A DNA stretch of 64,000 bases from an uncultured Acidobacteriota bacterium (GCA_963770895.1 CAVYRF010000002.1:4448001-4512000); one strand, 5' to 3'. Numbered from the stretch's first letter, positions 19,343-34,684 are shown. The notes: generated from the letters alone by a model not told the origin. Translations and numbers: made by a program.

Positions 19343-20842
19343 ATGGCTGATCCCCTGCTGACGAATGAAGCGAAGCTGGCGATACGGACCGAGGTCGAAA
19401 AGATCTTGGACCGTGAGCTGAGCAATCTGAAGCAGTCTGGCAAGATCCTTTCATGGCTTTTTGGCGTCGTGGTGGCGTTGCTGGGATGGTTAGGGTTCGC
19501 TACCTTCAGGGATCTCGCGAAGGGTGCGAAGGACATCGTTACGGTCAAGGTGACGGAGCTCATCAACAGCCAGGACTCGGAAACCGGGGTTAAGAGCAGG
19601 CTTGCCGAGTTGGTCAACCGCTCGGTCATCACAGCCCATCTGCTCGATGAGAAGAGGACCACCCAGCGAAATCTGAATCCGCATGCGGGCAGGGTGATCA
19701 CGGTGTCGTCCGCGCGGCCGCAGGCGGATCAGGATCTGGATTTGGACGATTGGAAACGATTGGGTAGATGGATCCAAGACCCAACACTCTCTGAATCCGA
19801 CTTCACCGATGCCCTCCTGCTGCTAGGGAGGCAGGGCGGCGATCGAGTCAAGCAAGATTGTCACGATTTTCTTGCCGCGATGGTCAATCCGCCAGAAAAG
19901 GGACAGTTTAGTTGGATGCGAGGGAAAGACTCCAAGCGCCGGGCCATCCTGGAGGTCTTTCGCGGTGCCGGCCTAGAGAGTGCCGCCTTGCAGATCGTGC
20001 TGAATCGACGCGAAAAGCTGGAGCTGCGCATTGCCTCACTGGGTTACCTTTCGGCAGTGAACTTCCGGCCGGCTGCGCGCGATCTGCTGCCGCTGGTGCA
20101 AGGCCAGGAAGAGCAGGCGTTGAAGGACCAGGCGCTTTACACCTGTGCGTCGCTGGATCCTCTCAGCAGCGAGATGGTGAAATTGGCACAGTCCGTCGCC
20201 AACGACGAAAAGACCGGCAAAAGCGATGCCGCAACCGACAGGGCGTTGAAGCTCGCGGCCGCTATCTGGTATGCACCGGTTACGATCGCAGCGAAGGGTG
20301 ACGACTTGCGGGCAGCGAAGCTGCAGGCGCTGATTGAAGGCGAGAAGCTGACGTTTTCGTCGCAGCTGATTGCCCCAGCACTACAGAATCAGCGCGCTTT
20401 TGTGATCAAGCTGAACGATCAGGCTGTCGGCTTCTATGTCAACGCGCTCGAGCCCTACAAATCCTTTGGCGTATCGATTGCTGACTTTCTGCAGTTCAAA
20501 CCTTACTGGGGCGTTCTTGCGCAAGTTGCCAACAAAGGCCAGCTGGCGCTGGTCGGTTGGATGGCGCCGCGCTCAGCATTGCAGGAGGGACTGTGGGCGC
20601 TGGCAGTGGCGGCGACTAGCAAAGGGAGCCTGAAGTCGGGTAAAGATTCGGTGGACGCATCCCACGCCAGCCGGATCGTGCTGGCGCGGACGGTGAACGC
20701 CGAGGCCAAGCGCAAGTGGGAGTCGTTGGAACTGCTGTGGACCGACACTGCATTGCGGGATCATGAGGGTCCACTTACGGATCTGCAAGGCACGGGGTTC
20801 GAATTCACCTTTCCTGATAGCCGAGCGAGCACGCACAACTGA
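19343..20842 (+). CDS. Hypothetical membrane-anchored protein, possible HEAT-like helical region
   Basis: Long open frame in the low-GC island, one N-terminal TM (ILSWLFGVVVALLGWLGF), LRIASLGYL...LKDQALY helical pattern. Start uncertain. Confidence 0.65.
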   Translation: MADPLLTNEAKLAIRTEVEKILDRELSNLKQSGKILSWLFGVVVALLGWLGFATFRDLAKGAKDIVTVKVTELINSQDSETGVKSRLAELVNRSVITAHLLDEKRTTQRNLNPHAGRVITVSSARPQADQDLDLDDWKRLGRWIQDPTLSESDFTDALLLLGRQGGDRVKQDCHDFLAAMVNPPEKGQFSWMRGKDSKRRAILEVFRGAGLESAALQIVLNRREKLELRIASLGYLSAVNFRPAARDLLPLVQGQEEQALKDQALYTCASLDPLSSEMVKLAQSVANDEKTGKSDAATDRALKLAAAIWYAPVTIAAKGDDLRAAKLQALIEGEKLTFSSQLIAPALQNQRAFVIKLNDQAVGFYVNALEPYKSFGVSIADFLQFKPYWGVLAQVANKGQLALVGWMAPRSALQEGLWALAVAATSKGSLKSGKDSVDASHASRIVLARTVNAEAKRKWESLELLWTDTALRDHEGPLTDLQGTGFEFTFPDSRASTHN

Positions 20843-20854
20843 GTAGACCGCGAC

Positions 20855-20925
20855 CGGCGCTCCAGGCGCCGCGGCAGCGTCTACGTGTTCACCCCGGCCG
20901 ACCGGCGGCTGGACCAACGCCGCGG
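20855..20925 (+). pseudogene. Possible decayed FG-GAP repeat fragment
   Basis: GAPG, GSVYVFT and GGWTNA are read in shifting frames. No start or intact ORF. Confidence 0.3.
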
Positions 20926-20935
20926 CGCCGCGTTA

Positions 20936-21074
20936 GCCGCCGGCGTCGGTCGCTCTAACAAGAAGGGCGGAAAAGCGGGGTGGGATTGGCGCATCGCCGT
21001 CCGAACTCATCGGGGGCAAGCCGCCGGGACGTCTCCGCGGAAACGTTGACGGCTGCCGGCGGGCCAGGGCGCAC
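20936..21074 (+). repeat. Degenerate direct repeat, copy 2
   Basis: Co-linear match to 15699-15834, as described for copy 1. Confidence 0.85.
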
Positions 21075-21103
21075 CTCGGGGCGGCAGTTTTGGTGGGTAG
21101 GGA

Positions 21104-21133
21104 GGCTGCGTGAGCCACGAGGATCACGCAGCC
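21104..21133. terminator. Perfect 10-bp hairpin between convergent genes (possible terminator or stabiliser)
   Basis: ggctgcgtga (21104-13) pairs with tcacgcagcc (21124-33). No clear U-tract. Confidence 0.35.
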
Positions 21134-21232
21134 CCTCCGTCGATCGGTGCGAGTTAACCGGCGCGGAGGGCCAGCCGGCTGCTGGGCGCCAGGCCCGACC
21201 GCGGTCGCGGGCAAACCTGCGCCCCAGCTGGG

Positions 21233-24200
21233 CTAGCGGTGGCTGGCGGCGAGGGTGGCGGCGCGGGTGGCGAGGGCGGTGTAGCCGTGGGTGGTGGCGT
21301 CTTGCTGGACCGCGGCGGCGGCTTGGTGGACGTAGGGTTGGGGATGGTCGTTGCGGCTGCGCTCGGCGAGAGCCAGGGCGGATTCCAGGTGGAGCTCCAG
21401 GAGACCCCCGCGGTCGGCTTCGGTCTGGACCTGGTGGAGGGCGGTCAGAGCTTGGGCTTGGCTGGCGGGCGGCAGCAGGGTGGCGGCGCGCAGCTGGACG
21501 GTGAGGCGGATGCGCTGGTCCTGCACGGCGATGGGCTGCGGTGCCGGCGCGGCGGGGGCGGCGGCGATGGTTGCGGCGGTTGCTGATGCGGGGGCCGCGG
21601 TGGTGGCCGTCGCGGGGGTGGCGGGGGCCGGTGGTGGGGCGGCTGGGGGTGGTTGCAGCAGGGCGGTGGCGCGGCCGATGTCGGCGGCGGCGCGGTGGGG
21701 GTCGCCGGCGGCGGTGGCGGCGAGGGCGGCCAGGGAGAGGGCTTGGGACTGCTCGGCGTTGGCTCCCTGGTGCGCCAGGTCGTCGGCCAGGGCCTCGGCT
21801 TGATTGGCGATGGTGGCGAAGGTGGCGGTGGCCGGCGCCTGGGCGGCTGGCGCGCCGGCGCCGGCGGGTGCGGCGGCGGGGGGGCCTGGCGGCTGCGCGG
21901 CGCGGGCGGCGGCAAAGGCCAGCTCGGCCAGGGCCAGGCGGCTTTCGGCGACGGTGCCTTTTTCGCCCAGGGCGGTGCGCAGGTCGAGGGCGGACTGGTG
22001 GTCGCGGCGGGCGTCGTCCCAGCGGGCCTGGCGGGCGGAGATTTCGGCCAGGCCGTAGAGGGCGGCGGCGGTGGCGGTCTGGCTGGCGATGGCGCGGCTG
22101 GCGGTCAGGGCCTGCTGGAAGTCGCGGCCGGCGGCGTCCAGGTCGCCCTGGTCGAAATGGATGCTGCCGAGGTGGTTGAGGGAGGCGGCTTCGCCGGTCT
22201 TCTGGCCGGTGCGGCGGCGGATGGCGAGCGCCTCCTGGCAGCGGGCCAGGGCGGCCGGCAGATCGCCGCGGCGCCGCAGGGCGACGCCCAGGTTGTCCAG
22301 GGCGTAGGCTTCGCCGGCGCCGTCTCCCAGGGAGCGCCAGAGGGCCAGGGACTGCTGGTAGAGGGCGGCGGCGGCTTCGAGGTCGCCGCGGCGCAGCAGG
22401 ACGCCGGCCAGGTTGTTCTGGCTGTTGGCTTCGGCGCGGCGGCTGCCGAGCTCGCGGGCGATGACCAGGACCTGCTCGAAGAGCTGGCGCGCGCGGTCGA
22501 GGTCGCCCTGGCTGCGCAGGACGACGGCGATGTTGTTGAGCGCGCCGGCTTCGGCGCCGCGGCGGCCGATCTCGCGGTCGGTGGCGAGGGCCTGCTGGTA
22601 GAGCGCCAGGGCAGCCGGCAGGTCGCCGCGGTCGAAATGGACGTTGGCGGCGCCGGTCAAGGCTTCGGCGACGCCGGCGCGGTCGCCTGCCGCGGCGTCC
22701 AGGCGGCGGCCTTCGGCGCAGGCTGCCAGGGCTTCGTCGGCGCGGCCCAGGCTGCGCAGTGCCAGGCAGTCGAGCAGGCGGGCCTGTGCCACCAGGAGGG
22801 TCGCTCCCAGCGCCGCGGCGCGGCGGGCGGCATTGGCGGCGGCGGCGTGCTGGCGCGCGAAGTCCGAGTGGGCGCCGGCGGCGGTGGCCTCCGCCAGGTC
22901 GATGCGCGGGTCGTCGCGCATCGGCGCCGGCAGGGTGCGCAGGGTGCCGGTGGTCAAGAGCGCCGCCTGCGGCTGGCCGGCGGCGGTCTGGGCACCGGCC
23001 AGGCGCAGGCCGTAGTCGAGGTTGTCGGGGGTGAGCGACAGCAGGCGTCGGTAGATGTCCACCGCGGTGCCCAGCTCGCCGGTCGCCTCGCGGTAGCGGC
23101 CTTCGATCACCAGCCGGTCTTCCGCGGGCAGGCCGCTCGACAGCTCGAAGGCGGTCTTGGCTTCGGCGACGGCCTTGTCGTCGAAACCGAGCGTCGCCCA
23201 GGCGGCGGCCAGGCCGGAGTGGGCCAGGGCGCTGGCCGGGTCGGCCGCCACCGCCTGCACCAGCAGGTCGCGCGCCCCGACGGGATCGAAGAGACGCAGC
23301 TTCTGCATGCCTTCGGCGTACAGGCGCGCCGCTTCGGGGTTGGCGACCGCCGCGGCGTGGACGGGCGCGGCGGCGCCTGCCGCGTGCAGCTGGTCGCGCA
23401 GGCGGTCGCCGGCGTGGCTGACCAACTTGAGCAGGTCCGCCTGCGGGCCGGTTTCGGCGAAGGTGGCGGTTTCGCCGGTCAGGGCATCCTGCATCCGCAC
23501 GTCGAGGCGCACCTGCGCGGCGCTGCCGGCGCCCACCACCAGGTAGGAGCCGAGCACCACCGCGTCGCTGCCCAGGAGCGTCCGGATGCGCCCCAGGGTG
23601 TCGCGCGCCAGGCTGTCGGGCTGGCCCAGCTGCAGCTCCAGCTTGGCCCTCGCGACCTCCTCGCCGCCGATGACGCGCAGGCCGCCGCCCGCGCCCAGCT
23701 CGGTGGTCAGCATCTCGGCGAAGGCGGGCGACAGCCAGGCGGTTCCCGCGGCCCCCGACAGGTCGCGGAAGCCCAGCACCGCGACCGACCGGCGCGGCGT
23801 CACCTCGCCGCCGGGGGCGATCCCGGCTTCGGCGGCCGCCTTCGCCCGCCGCCAGGTGGTATAGCGGTACCAACCCACCGCCAGCGCCACCAGCACCAGC
23901 GCCGCCAGGGCGGCAAGCCGCCGCCCGCTGCGCCGCCGCTCCGCCGCCGCCGCGCCGCCGGCGGCGCTCGCCACCGCGGCGCCATCGGCCACGCTCGGCG
24001 GCACCGCGGCGTCGCCCACGTTTGCCGCCGCCGTCGCCGCGGCCGCCATCGCCGGCACCGCCGGATCGGCCCACGTGACCGCGCTTGTCCCTGTCGCCGC
24101 AGTGACCGCCGTAGCTCCCGCAGCCCCCGTATTCCCCATCCCCATGGATGCCGCCGTTGCCGCGGCTCCACCCGGTAGCGACGGGCTGCTCCCCGCCGGG

Positions 24201-25405
24201 CCGGGCGCCGGCGCCACGCCCGCCGCAGGGAGAGCCGCGGCCGCGCCGGCTTCGGGCGCGGTGAGCGCCGCGAGCACGTCGAGGGCGCTGGCGAAGCGGT
24301 CGGCCGGGTCGCGTGCCAGGCACCGCAGGATGGCGGCCTCCCAGCGCGGATCGAGATGCGGCGCATGCACCCGCGGCGACACCGGCAGCTCCTTGAGGCG
24401 CTTGACCGCGGTGGCCAGGACCGAGTCGCCGACGAAGGGCACGGTGCCGGTCGCCATCTCGTAGAGCACGATGCCGAGCGCGTAGACGTCGACGGCGGTG
24501 GTGATCTCCCCGCCTTCGACCTGCTCCGGCGCCAGGTAGGCGGGGGTGCCGACTAGGCCGCCGGCCACCGTGAGGGTAGGTGCCGCCGGGTCGTTGCCGC
24601 CGTCCAGACGCGCCAGGCCGAAGTCGGTGACGACCGCGCGCCAGCCGCCGCGGCCGGGGACCAGCACGATGTTGCCCGGCTTGAGGTCGCGGTGGATGAC
24701 GCCGACCTGGTGGGCGGCGTCCAGGCCGAGGCAGATCTGGCGGGCGATGGCCAGCACTTCGCCGGCCGGCAGCGGCCCGTCGCCGCGCAGGCGCGTCGCC
24801 AGCGTCTCGCCGACCAGCAGCTCCATGGTCAGGAAGATGACCGCCGGCCCGCCGCCGCCGGCGGGGCGGTGGTAGTAGACGTCGAAGATGCGGCAGACGT
24901 TGGGGTGGGTGACCTTGCGCGCCAGCTGGATCTCGCGCCGGAAGCGCTCGACCGCCATCGAGTCGGCCGCCGCTTCTGGGCGCACCGTCTTGAGCGCCAC
25001 GGCTTCGCGCAGCTCCAGGTCTTCGACCTCGTAGACCTCGCCCATGCCGCCCTGCGCCAGGAAGCGCACCACCCGGTAGCGCGCGGCGACCAGCTCGCCG
25101 GCCGCGAAGACCGGCGGCCGCGCCGCGGTGACGCCCACCGGCGACGCGGTGGGGGTGCCGATCAGCGGCGCCGTCTCACCTGCCGCGGACGAGCCGCCGG
25201 CCGCCGGCGCCCCGGCCGCCCCCGCCGCGCCGGCCGCCGGGGAAGAGCTGATCGGCGCCACACCCGGCCGCCGCACCCCGAACTGGGTCCTGCAGGCGGC
25301 GCACTGCACGCGCACCCGCGCCGGCCCGTCCAGCGGCAGCTCGAAGCGCAGGCGCTCGCCGCAACCGGGGCAGGTGACGGTGAACCGCGAAGACGATGCG
25401 CTCAT
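21233..25405 (-). CDS. Ser/Thr protein kinase with N-terminal Zn-ribbon, TM helix and C-terminal TPR array
   Basis: CPGC...CAAC, LAQGGMGEVY, VALK, HRDLKPGN, DFG, GTPAYLAPE, TM, repeated ALNNIA/SQNNLA/ALDNLG TPRs. ATG 25405. Confidence 0.93.
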   Translation of the reverse strand: MSASSSRFTVTCPGCGERLRFELPLDGPARVRVQCAACRTQFGVRRPGVAPISSSPAAGAAGAAGAPAAGGSSAAGETAPLIGTPTASPVGVTAARPPVFAAGELVAARYRVVRFLAQGGMGEVYEVEDLELREAVALKTVRPEAAADSMAVERFRREIQLARKVTHPNVCRIFDVYYHRPAGGGGPAVIFLTMELLVGETLATRLRGDGPLPAGEVLAIARQICLGLDAAHQVGVIHRDLKPGNIVLVPGRGGWRAVVTDFGLARLDGGNDPAAPTLTVAGGLVGTPAYLAPEQVEGGEITTAVDVYALGIVLYEMATGTVPFVGDSVLATAVKRLKELPVSPRVHAPHLDPRWEAAILRCLARDPADRFASALDVLAALTAPEAGAAAALPAAGVAPAPGPAGSSPSLPGGAAATAASMGMGNTGAAGATAVTAATGTSAVTWADPAVPAMAAAATAAANVGDAAVPPSVADGAAVASAAGGAAAAERRRSGRRLAALAALVLVALAVGWYRYTTWRRAKAAAEAGIAPGGEVTPRRSVAVLGFRDLSGAAGTAWLSPAFAEMLTTELGAGGGLRVIGGEEVARAKLELQLGQPDSLARDTLGRIRTLLGSDAVVLGSYLVVGAGSAAQVRLDVRMQDALTGETATFAETGPQADLLKLVSHAGDRLRDQLHAAGAAAPVHAAAVANPEAARLYAEGMQKLRLFDPVGARDLLVQAVAADPASALAHSGLAAAWATLGFDDKAVAEAKTAFELSSGLPAEDRLVIEGRYREATGELGTAVDIYRRLLSLTPDNLDYGLRLAGAQTAAGQPQAALLTTGTLRTLPAPMRDDPRIDLAEATAAGAHSDFARQHAAAANAARRAAALGATLLVAQARLLDCLALRSLGRADEALAACAEGRRLDAAAGDRAGVAEALTGAANVHFDRGDLPAALALYQQALATDREIGRRGAEAGALNNIAVVLRSQGDLDRARQLFEQVLVIARELGSRRAEANSQNNLAGVLLRRGDLEAAAALYQQSLALWRSLGDGAGEAYALDNLGVALRRRGDLPAALARCQEALAIRRRTGQKTGEAASLNHLGSIHFDQGDLDAAGRDFQQALTASRAIASQTATAAALYGLAEISARQARWDDARRDHQSALDLRTALGEKGTVAESRLALAELAFAAARAAQPPGPPAAAPAGAGAPAAQAPATATFATIANQAEALADDLAHQGANAEQSQALSLAALAATAAGDPHRAAADIGRATALLQPPPAAPPPAPATPATATTAAPASATAATIAAAPAAPAPQPIAVQDQRIRLTVQLRAATLLPPASQAQALTALHQVQTEADRGGLLELHLESALALAERSRNDHPQPYVHQAAAAVQQDATTHGYTALATRAATLAASHR

Positions 25406-25416
25406 CGGCGCCTCGC

Positions 25417-26139
25417 TCAGCCGTAGTGCGAGCCGGGATAGAGAAGGTTGATGGCGAGCAGCTGGACGGGGCGGTAGATGGGGCCGAACAGCTGCCAGGC
25501 CACCACCAGGCCGAGCAGCGACATGTAGGGCTGCGCCTGGAGCGCCGCGTAGCGTTCGGCGCCCCGCGGGCTGAGCAGCGCCGGCACGACGGCGCTGCCG
25601 TCCAGCGGCGGCAGCGGCAGGAGGTTGAAGATGCACAGCAGCAGGTTGAGGGAGAAGACCAGCGACAGCGGCACCACGGCGCCGCCTGCCAGCCCGGCGC
25701 CGCCCGTGGCGCTCTCCGTGACCTGGGTGAAGGAGACGCGTTCCGGCGACGTGAAGAGGCCGCCGGCGACGCCGAGGCGGATCGCCGCCCCCGCCAGCAG
25801 CACCAGCGACAGGTTGGCCGCCGGTCCCGCCAGCGCCATCACCGCCGCCCGGCGCGGATAGCGGCGCGCCCACAGCGGGTCGAACGGCGCGCTGGCCCAG
25901 CCCATCATCCAGCCCTGGGCGAAGAAGGTGACGAGCGGCACGACGATCATGCCCACCGGTTCGCGCCGGATGTGCGGCAGCGGGTTGAGGGTGACCTGGC
26001 CGCCGTGATACGCCGTGGCGTCGCCCAGCCGGTAGGCGGCGAAGGCGTGCGCGGCTTCGTGCAGGGTGGTGGAGAACAGGAAGACCAGAAACCAGGTGAA
26101 CCCCAACGCCAGCGTGTGAATCGTCAGCGGGGACTCCAC
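25417..26139 (-). CDS. Site-2 protease family (M50) membrane metalloprotease
   Basis: HEAAH, TLNPLPH, AGPAAN, FNLLPLPPLDG. Confidence 0.93.
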   Translation of the reverse strand: MESPLTIHTLALGFTWFLVFLFSTTLHEAAHAFAAYRLGDATAYHGGQVTLNPLPHIRREPVGMIVVPLVTFFAQGWMMGWASAPFDPLWARRYPRRAAVMALAGPAANLSLVLLAGAAIRLGVAGGLFTSPERVSFTQVTESATGGAGLAGGAVVPLSLVFSLNLLLCIFNLLPLPPLDGSAVVPALLSPRGAERYAALQAQPYMSLLGLVVAWQLFGPIYRPVQLLAINLLYPGSHYG

Positions 26140-26152
26140 GAGGTCTGGCCGA

Positions 26153-26710
26153 TCAGGCGCGGCTCATGTACTTGTCTTCGCGGGTGTCGATGAGAATCTT
26201 GTTGCCCACCTCGACGAACGGCGGCACCTGGATCACCAGGCCGGTTTCCATCTTGGCCGGCTTGTAGGAGGCGCTGGCGGTCGCGCCCCGCATGCTGGGT
26301 TCTGTGTCGACCACTTCCAGCGTCACGGTGTTGGGCAGGTCGATGCCGACCGGACGGTCCTCGTAGAAGTCGACGGTGATCACGGTGTTGGGCAGCAGGT
26401 AGAGCATGGACGTGCCCAGCGTCTCATCGTCCATGGTGATCTGCTCGTAGTTGGCCTGGTTCATGAAGTGGTGGCCCGAGTTGTCGGAGTACAGGTACTC
26501 CATCGGGTGCGTGTCGAGGATCGCCCGCTCGACTTTTTCGGTCGAGCCGAAGCGGTGCTCGAAGCTGTTGCCGCTCTTCAGGCTGCGCATCTTGGCCTGG
26601 ACGAAGCCGCGCCAGTTGCCGGGCGTGACGTGGTGCACGTGCATGAGGCGGCAGATGTCCCCTTCGAAGAGGATGCACATGCCGTTTCGCATTTGGGTTG
26701 CCTGGATCAA
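26153..26710 (-). CDS. efp: Elongation factor P (PGNWRG loop variant)
   Basis: 185 aa from TTG 26710, HVTPGNWRGFV, YLY, FMN...YEQ, KPAKMETG...VPPFV...IDTR...YMSRA. Confidence 0.95.
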   Translation of the reverse strand: MIQATQMRNGMCILFEGDICRLMHVHHVTPGNWRGFVQAKMRSLKSGNSFEHRFGSTEKVERAILDTHPMEYLYSDNSGHHFMNQANYEQITMDDETLGTSMLYLLPNTVITVDFYEDRPVGIDLPNTVTLEVVDTEPSMRGATASASYKPAKMETGLVIQVPPFVEVGNKILIDTREDKYMSRA

Positions 26711-26792
26711 AACTCGCTCTCCCAGTTCAGTGAATGAGAACACTCGGCGCGGGGGCCAAGGATATCACGCGGGGCCAAGCGGGCCGTCCGCG

Positions 26793-28883
<2,091 letters not shown>

Positions 28884-29017
28884 CGTCAGACCTCCATGGA
28901 AGGGCGCGAATCAACGGCAGAATATAACACAGCGGTTGCTGGACGGCCGTCGGATTGTCACACCCTAAACGCTGGATACTGCGCGGGTTACCGGCTGAGG
29001 CCAAAGCCGCTGTCGGG

Positions 29018-29047
29018 TTGACTGGACCCCGGTGGACGCCCTAGAAT
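29018..29047 (+). promoter_or_regulatory. Putative sigma70 promoter for the kinase gene
   Basis: TTGACT, 18 nt spacer, TAGAAT, 24 nt upstream of ATG 29072. Confidence 0.5.
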
Positions 29048-29071
29048 GGGCTGCCGAAACGCGCGTGAGCC

Positions 29072-31904
<2,833 letters not shown>

Positions 31905-31924
<20 letters not shown>

Positions 31925-33389
31925 CGGCGCCCACATCGCCAACAGCGCCAGTATCGCCACCATCGCCGACGTCGTCTACGGTGCGCACGTGCACCTGGCC
32001 CATCGACTCGAACTGCGGGCGCAGCAGGTCGGCCGGGCCGACGGCGACGACGGCGATGTGATCCGGGTTCAGGTAGAGCTGGGCGGCGCGCTGGATGTCG
32101 GCGCGGGTCAGGGCCGCCATGATTTGCAGGTTGCGCTCGAAATGATCGTCCGGCAGGCCGAAGATCGCCAGGTCGGCCAGGCGCCTGCCGACGTCGGAAA
32201 CCGTCTGCAGCGTGTACGGGAAGACGCCGATGATGTAGCTGCGCGTCTCCTCCATCTCCTCATGGGTGACCGGCTCGTCCTGGATACGGCGCAGCTCGCC
32301 CAGAACTTCGCGGGTGGCGGCGCCCGCCACCTCGGTGCCGACCGCGGTGCTGACTTCGAAGGGGCCGGGTCCCAGCCGCGACGCAAAGCGCGTGCTGGCG
32401 CTGTAGGTGTAGCCGTGGCCTTCGCGCAGGTTGAGATTGATGCGGCTGGTGAACTTGCCGCCGAGCAGGGCGTTGAGGAACACGATCGCGCCGCGATCGG
32501 GGTGGGGCCGCGGCACCCCGACGTGCCCCAGCCGCAGCTCGGTCTGGGCGGCGCCCGGACGATCGACGATGTAGATCTGCACGCCCGCGAGCGGCGCCGG
32601 CCGGATGTCCGGAACGTCGATTCCCGCACCGCTGGCGCCAGGGGCGGTTCCGGCGCTGCCGGCGCTGCCGCCGGCACTGGCGGCGCCCCCGGCTGCCTGT
32701 GCCAGTGCCTGTGCGGCTTGCTCGAGCAGCACTTCCGGATCGAGATCGCTGACCGCGATCAGGGTCGCGGCGGGCAGCAGGTAGCGCTCGCGATAGAAGC
32801 CCGCGACCTGTTCGCGGTCGAGCGCCGAGACCGTGGCCGCGGTGCCGAGGGGGGTGTTGGCGTAGACGGTGCCGCGATAGACGGCCGCCGCCAGCTGTTC
32901 GTCGGCAAGGGCAGACGGTTGATGGCGCCGGCGCACCAGCTCGGTCAGCCGCAGCCGCCGCACGCGCTCGAACTCTGCTGGCGGGAACGCCGGCGCGGCC
33001 ACCACGTCGCCCAACAGCCGCAGGCCGGCCTGGGCGTGCTGCGACAGCACCAGCAGACCGGCGTAGCCGACGTTCCAGTCGGCGCCGGTGGCGAGCTGCC
33101 CGCCCAGGACCTCGATGCGGTCGGCGACCTGGATGGCGTTCATGCCGCCCGCGCCCTCGTCGAGCAGGCCGCCGGTGAGGGTTGCCAGGCCGGCGCCGCC
33201 GGGCGGGTCGTGCTGGGCGCCCGCGGGAGTCAGCAGCTCCAGGCTGAGCAGGGGGCGGCCCGGCATCTGCGCGACATAGGCGGAGATTCCCATCGGCAGG
33301 CGGCGGTGCACGAAGGCGGGAAAGGGCGCCGGTTCGATCGTGCCGGCGGGCGGCGGCGCGGCGCGGTTGATGGCAGCCGCCTTCGTCAT
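31905..33389 (-). CDS. M16B peptidase, non-catalytic subunit
   Basis: Lacks HxxEH, has SRINLNLREGHGYTY (R/Y substrate-binding motif). ATG overlaps the upstream stop. Confidence 0.9.
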
Positions 33390-34684
33390 GCGGCGCCGGC
33401 CGGTTTGGCCACGACCGTCACCACGGCCCGTTGCTCGGCGGCCAGGTAGCCGGCGGCGATCTCCTGCACGTCGTCGCCGGATAGCTGCTGGTAGATGTCG
33501 GCCTGCCTGGCGAGGAGGCCCGGATCGTCGAAGTAGGTGGTGAACTGCGACAGGGCGTCGGCGCGGTTGCTGAGCAGCTCGAGGCCGGTCCAGAAGTCCG
33601 TCAGGATGCGGTTTTTTGCTCCCGTCAGCTCTTCGGCGCCGGGCGGCGTCGCGGCGGCGCGCTGCAGGTGCTCGGCGAGCGCCTGCTCGATCGCCGCAGG
33701 TTCGACGCCGGGGCGCGCCGTGGCGACCACCATGAAATCGCCCACCGCTTCGAACGGATTGGCATAGGCGGTGACGTCCTGGGCGATCTGGCGCTCGTAC
33801 ACCAGGTCGCGGTAGAGACGGCTGGACTTGCCGCTGGCAAGGAGCGCTGCCAGGAGGTCGGCGGCGTACCACAGATGGTGGCCGAAGGCCGGGATGCGGT
33901 GCGACATGTAGACCCTGGGCAGCGGCACGTCGTCGACCAGCACCGAGCGGCGCTCGCCCGCGAGCGGCGGCGGATGGCTCACGCTTGCCGGCAGCGGCGG
34001 CAGCGGCGGGCCGGCCGGGATGTCGGCGAAGTACGCCTGCACGCGGTCGAGCGCCGCCTCCGGCTCGAAGTCGCCGGCCAGGGTGAGCACCGCGTTGTTG
34101 GGCGTGTAGTAGGTGCGGAAAAAGGTGCGCACTTCGTCCAGGGTGGCGGCGGCGATGTCGTCCATGTAGCCGATCACCGGCCAGTGATAGGGGTGGGGCG
34201 ACGGGTAGAGCTGCTCGCGCAGCAGCTCGCCGGCGCGGCCGTAGGGCTGGTTCTCGATGCGCTGGCGGCGCTCGTTCATCACCACCTGGCGCTGCGTCTC
34301 CAGGTTTTCGGCGGTGATCGCGGGCAGCAGGAACCCCATGCGGTCGGATTCCAGCCACAGCCCCAGGTCCAGCTGGTTTGCCGGCAGCGTCTCGAAGTAG
34401 TTGGTGCGGTCGTACCAGGTCGAGCCGTTGGCGACGCCGCCGACCTGCTGCACGTAGCGGAAGTGCTCGTTGGTGCCGACGTGCTCGCTGCCCTGGAACA
34501 GCATGTGCTCGAACAGGTGGGCGAACCCGGTGCGGCCGGGGCGCTCGTTCTTGGAGCCGACGTGGTACCACAGGTTGATCGTCACCAGCGGCAGGGCGCG
34601 ATCCTGGTGGAGGATCACCCGCAACCCGTTGGCCAGGGTATGGCGGGTGAACGAGGCCTCCGCGATCACGGCAGTCGAATGCAT
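33386..34684 (-). CDS. M16B zinc peptidase, catalytic subunit
   Basis: GFAHLFEHMLFQGS (HxxEH), NGSTWYDRTNY, VVMNERR. Confidence 0.93.
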   Translation of the reverse strand: MHSTAVIAEASFTRHTLANGLRVILHQDRALPLVTINLWYHVGSKNERPGRTGFAHLFEHMLFQGSEHVGTNEHFRYVQQVGGVANGSTWYDRTNYFETLPANQLDLGLWLESDRMGFLLPAITAENLETQRQVVMNERRQRIENQPYGRAGELLREQLYPSPHPYHWPVIGYMDDIAAATLDEVRTFFRTYYTPNNAVLTLAGDFEPEAALDRVQAYFADIPAGPPLPPLPASVSHPPPLAGERRSVLVDDVPLPRVYMSHRIPAFGHHLWYAADLLAALLASGKSSRLYRDLVYERQIAQDVTAYANPFEAVGDFMVVATARPGVEPAAIEQALAEHLQRAAATPPGAEELTGAKNRILTDFWTGLELLSNRADALSQFTTYFDDPGLLARQADIYQQLSGDDVQEIAAGYLAAEQRAVVTVVAKPAGAA

